DNA of 64,000 nucleotides from Coriobacteriia bacterium. GTDB lineage: Bacteria; Actinomycetota; Coriobacteriia; Anaerosomatales; JAAXUF01. Position numbers and translations under genes: made by a program. Below the pieces are notes generated by a model, which was given only the letters and a program-made list of their open reading frames with translations, had not been told where the DNA came from and ran no database searches. Of the stretch, positions 61,139 through 64,000 are shown in pieces (position 1 is the stretch's first letter; every line of letters begins with the position of its first letter). The stretch is from assembly GCA_013334745.1 (NCBI GenBank), contig JAAXWY010000003.1, forward strand, positions 19,492 through 83,491, given 5' to 3'.

Positions 61139-61840
61139 ATGGCCTCAAGTGCGAACACCACCGATCGTCAGCACTACGCACTTCAGACGATCTTCTCGTT
61201 CTTCCTCGGGCTGATGGTCGTCGCCTTCATCGGCGTCGGGGTCAACACCTTCTATCCGTCGCCCACCGAGACCTACCAGCAGGAGCAGCAGGAACTGAGC
61301 CGCCAGATGGAGGCGCTCAACTTCAAGCAGCCAACCAACGGGTCGAGTGTCGATGCGACCGTCCAGGCGCAGATCGCTGCGCTTCAGGTCAAACAGAATG
61401 CCTTGCAGGACAAGGTCGACGCGCTCATGAAGGGCTGGGCTCGCAACACGAGCATCATCCTCGTCATCTTTGCCACCCTCGTCATGGGCGTCTCGCTCAT
61501 ACGCAGCGAGCAGCTTCGTGTCATCTCCAACGGCCTGCTGCTTGGTGGGCTGTTCTCGATGATCTACGGCGCGGGATGGGTCATCTTCTCGGGCAACTCG
61601 GTGGCTCGGTTCGCCGTCATCCTCTTCGCATTGGTCGTCGCCATCGGTTTGGGCTACCTGAAGTTCGTGCGGAATCGGGAGACGCAGACTGTGCCGGTCG
61701 CATCTGGGGGCAGCACCGCGGGCGTGGCTTTCGATGACGCCGCGCTCGCCGGGCTGGCCGAGCGTGTGACCGCCTTGGAAGATCGCGCCGCAGCGGCGGC
61801 GGCCGCGCTTTCGGGAGGCGACGACGAGCGCCGGGACTGA
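61139..61840 (+). CDS. Hypothetical membrane protein with a Gln-rich coiled-coil loop
   Basis: 233 aa. One N-terminal helix, a ~70-aa Q/E-rich loop, three further helices and an Ala-rich tail. No known motif. Confidence 0.65.
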   Translation: MASSANTTDRQHYALQTIFSFFLGLMVVAFIGVGVNTFYPSPTETYQQEQQELSRQMEALNFKQPTNGSSVDATVQAQIAALQVKQNALQDKVDALMKGWARNTSIILVIFATLVMGVSLIRSEQLRVISNGLLLGGLFSMIYGAGWVIFSGNSVARFAVILFALVVAIGLGYLKFVRNRETQTVPVASGGSTAGVAFDDAALAGLAERVTALEDRAAAAAAALSGGDDERRD

Positions 61841-61871
61841 CCCCGCCCCCGTTGTCGATTTTCGGTGAGTT

Positions 61872-62015
61872 GCGTTTTGTTCGCGTTTTGTCGCGGGGCG
61901 TGGTACGCTGCGCACGTTGGGTCCGATGGGGACCCAGATTTTGCGGCGTGAAATCCGCGAAGCGGAGATTGCGTCGCTTGTTTTTTGCCCTGCGGGGCAG
62001 GAGAGTGAGTTTCAG
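61872..62015 (+). promoter_or_regulatory. cspA upstream region: tandem GCGTTTTGT repeats, candidate -10 TGGTACGCT and a ~100-nt structured 5' leader
   Basis: GCGTTTTGT occurs at 61872 and 61883 (11-nt period). TACGCT is at 61904-61909. Hairpins GGGTCC/GGACCC and CCTGC/GCAGG are present, and the second touches the SD. Confidence 0.3.
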
Positions 62016-62219
62016 ATGGCTGAAGGTACAGTTAAGTGGTTCAACGCTGACAAGGGCTACGGCTTCATCTCGCGCGAGGATGGCGACGACCTGTTCGTCC
62101 ACTTCTCCGAGATCCAGACCGATGGCTTCAAGACCCTCGACGAGGGCCAGGCCGTGACTTTCGAGGTCACCACCGGTCAGAACGGCAAGCTGCAGGCCAC
62201 CAAGGTCTTCGCCCGCTAA
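62016..62219 (+). CDS. cspA: Cold-shock protein
   Basis: 67 aa. [18 protein letters not shown] (RNP1) and DLFVHFS (RNP2). The ORF-track start at 61917 is an upstream extension. Confidence 0.97.
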   Translation: MAEGTVKWFNADKGYGFISREDGDDLFVHFSEIQTDGFKTLDEGQAVTFEVTTGQNGKLQATKVFAR

Positions 62220-62252
62220 GTCGTTCTTCCAGAACAACTGCGTGAACCTGAT

Positions 62253-62287
62253 AGGCCGGTCCCGAAAGGGGCCGGCCTTCTTGTTTG
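62253..62287 (+). terminator. Rho-independent terminator after cspA
   Basis: 11-bp stem (62253-62263 with 62268-62278) and a GAAA loop, followed by TCTTGTTT. Confidence 0.75.
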
Positions 62288-62363
62288 CGTGGAAGGGGAA
62301 TACTCACTAGAGCCTTCGAGACCGGATGTCTGCCACAGTCCCCGCACACCGAGAGGACCTGAG

Positions 62364-62744
62364 ATGAGCGAGTTTCTGGAAGTCGGCAACGTGAGCGAGT
62401 TCGATGAGGGCGAGATGCGCCAGCTTGCCGTGGATGGGCACGAGCTACTCGTCGCCCGAGTTGGCGGTGAGTACTACGTGTCCGACGCCCGCTGCCCACA
62501 CCTTCATGCGCACCTCGCCAAAGGGACGCTCGAGGGCACTGTGCTGACGTGCCCGCTTCACCATTCTCGGTTCGACCTCACCGACGGTCGGTGCGTGCAG
62601 TGGACCGACTTCAGCGGTCCCATCAAAACCATGGCCGAGTTCGCGCGCCACCCGCGCCCGCTGCGGGTGTATGAGACCACTGTCACCGACGGCGTCCTCT
62701 TCGTTGGGCCGGAGAAGCCTCCGGTCAGCTCGGATCAAGCGTGA
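62364..62744 (+). CDS. Rieske [2Fe-2S] domain protein
   Basis: 126 aa starting from ATG at 62364. Cluster ligands CPHLHAH and CPLHHSRF. Confidence 0.88.
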   Translation: MSEFLEVGNVSEFDEGEMRQLAVDGHELLVARVGGEYYVSDARCPHLHAHLAKGTLEGTVLTCPLHHSRFDLTDGRCVQWTDFSGPIKTMAEFARHPRPLRVYETTVTDGVLFVGPEKPPVSSDQA

Positions 62745-62880
62745 CCTTAGGCCAATCCACTCACGAGCCCTCGCTTATCAGCCGATAGTACGGGTGCTAG
62801 GATGATTCGCGGCTCCCGTGCGGCGCACTCGCCACCGGTTTCGGGCCGCGCTCGTGTACGTGGGAACTCTTACTTGGAGG

Positions 62881-63633
62881 ATGCGCGTGGCACTCGAGGG
62901 AAACCTCAAGGACTTCTCACTTTCCGACATGTTCCGTCTGCTCGCATCTGGTGCGAAGACGGGGACTCTGCATGTCGACGGGCCTGATGGCGAAGGCATC
63001 GTGTGCTTCCGGGCAGGCGAGATCTCCTACGCTGAGTCGGGCGGCAACTCCGAGAGCGCCGGCAAGCGCCTCGCTCGCGCTGGGATCATCACCGAGAAGC
63101 AGCTTCGTCAGGCGCAAGGGCTGATGAAGATACAGAAGAAGGACAAGGCCGACCGCAAGCTCGGACAGATTCTTGCCGATGAGGGCTATGTGGACTCAGC
63201 GGTCCTCGAGGGCTTCGTCCGGGATCAGATATCCGACGAGCTCTTCGACCTGCTGCGCTGGGAAGAGGGCACGCTGCGTTTCGAGTCCGATGAGCCGTGT
63301 TCGGGCTCCGACCTCGGACTCACTGTGCCGGTCGATGCCGTACTCACCGATGCGACCCGGCGCCTCGACATGTGGCAGAAGATTCGCGAGAAGATCCCAT
63401 CCATGGACACGCGGTTCGCGATGGCATCGACTCCTGGCCAGAAGCCGGCCGATATCCACCTCAAGCCCCGTGAGTGGATGCTCCTGTGCTACCTGCACGG
63501 CGGTCGCAGCGTTCGCGAGCTTGTCGAGATGACCGGCTACAACGACTTCGAGACCGCGAAGGTCCTTTACGGCATGTACGCTGGCGGGCTGATCCACAAG
63601 GTGGGTCCCGCCGGGGAATCGCTGGCGGATTAA
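62881..63633 (+). CDS. DUF4388 (PATAN-like) domain protein
   Basis: ATG at 62881 follows TTGGAGG. The N-terminus LEGNLKDFSLSDMFRLLASGAKTGTLHV is the DUF4388 signature as I remember it. Adjacent to cheR. Confidence 0.75.
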   Translation: MRVALEGNLKDFSLSDMFRLLASGAKTGTLHVDGPDGEGIVCFRAGEISYAESGGNSESAGKRLARAGIITEKQLRQAQGLMKIQKKDKADRKLGQILADEGYVDSAVLEGFVRDQISDELFDLLRWEEGTLRFESDEPCSGSDLGLTVPVDAVLTDATRRLDMWQKIREKIPSMDTRFAMASTPGQKPADIHLKPREWMLLCYLHGGRSVRELVEMTGYNDFETAKVLYGMYAGGLIHKVGPAGESLAD

Positions 63634-63636
63634 CAG

Positions 63637-64000
63637 GTGGCCAATCCGGTCGATAGCCTCAGGAAGGATCTGACTCCCGAGGAGTTCGAGCGCTTCCGGG
63701 ATTGGATTCATCATCACTCCGGCATCTATCTGGAAGAGAGCAAGGTCGACTCCTTGCGTATCTCGCTTGTGACTCGTGCGACGAGACTCGGCTTTCTGGA
63801 GTACGACGGCTACTTCCAGGTACTGAGTACCGATGAGGATGAGTTCAAGGAGCTCATGAACCTCGTCACCATCAACGAGACGTCATTCTTCCGCTTTCCC
63901 GCACAGTTCGATGCACTGCGTGATCTCGTGATTCCCGAGATTCTCGAGACAAAGGCGCGTCAAAGTCATGCGTTTCGAGTCTGGTCTGCCGGGTGTTCGA
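63637..64000 (+). CDS. cheR: Chemotaxis protein methyltransferase CheR, 3' end cut by the window edge
   Basis: Open frame from GTG at 63637 to the window end; it is absent from the ORF track because it has no stop. FERFRDWIHHHSGIYL, NETSFFR and VWSAGCS are CheR motifs. Confidence 0.85.
   Translation, partial: MANPVDSLRKDLTPEEFERFRDWIHHHSGIYLEESKVDSLRISLVTRATRLGFLEYDGYFQVLSTDEDEFKELMNLVTINETSFFRFPAQFDALRDLVIPEILETKARQSHAFRVWSAGCS

Noticed and set aside
59133-61900. Genomic island integrated at the tmRNA 3' end
   Set aside because: There is no integrase or recombinase, no phage genes, and no visible direct repeat of the ssrA 3' terminus in the downstream 5 kb.

Overview
High-GC chromosomal segment. 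Its backbone gene order looks Gram-positive/actinobacterial: wecA-atp operon-murA, then comF-hpf-secA-prfB, then ftsEX-ctp and smpB-ssrA. I call 60 protein-coding genes and one tmRNA. All but three genes are on the + strand. I saw no rRNA, tRNA, CRISPR array, transposase or integrase.

Gene content, left to right:
- glyA (5'-truncated), upp, a dCMP deaminase, wecA-like, atpI-BEFHAGDC, murA, fabZ.
- A cell-envelope block: nucleotide-sugar dehydrogenase, hexapeptide acyltransferase, LCP ligase, and a CWB2x3/L,D-transpeptidase fusion.
- A PNP-ahcY-mtnA cluster, an AEC transporter and comF.
- An amino-acid ABC transporter: two binding proteins, a permease with an extra N-terminal domain, and an ATPase.
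- hpf, then a roughly 7.5-kb accessory block, then secA and prfB.
- A PHP phosphatase, a YitT protein, a hypothetical protein and a split transketolase.
- A 1,928-aa secreted BNR-propeller/FN3/multihaem cytochrome c fusion.
- ftsEX, ctp, rnr, a TRIC-family channel, an M42 peptidase, smpB and tmRNA.
- A very GC-rich trio, a membrane protein, cspA, a Rieske protein, a DUF4388 protein and cheR (3'-truncated).

The accessory block between hpf and secA holds an unknown two-domain protein, a small hydrophobic ORF, a 7-8TM HD-GYP enzyme, a degenerate paralogue of it, a small membrane protein, and a STAND ATPase with a C-terminal SARP module.

Observations most worth follow-up:
1. The giant propeller-FN3-decahaem fusion sits inside the conserved prfB...ftsEX interval.
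2. The HD-GYP / pseudo-HD-GYP / membrane-protein operon has lower GC and lies next to a permuted STAND-SARP regulator. That regulator gene is followed at once by three GGTAA(C/G) repeats at an exact 11-bp period.
3. TAG is the majority stop codon (33 of 57). The RF2 gene lacks the usual frameshift and encodes SPT where RF2 normally has the SPF 'anticodon' tripeptide.

All domain calls come from reading motifs by eye. No database search was run.
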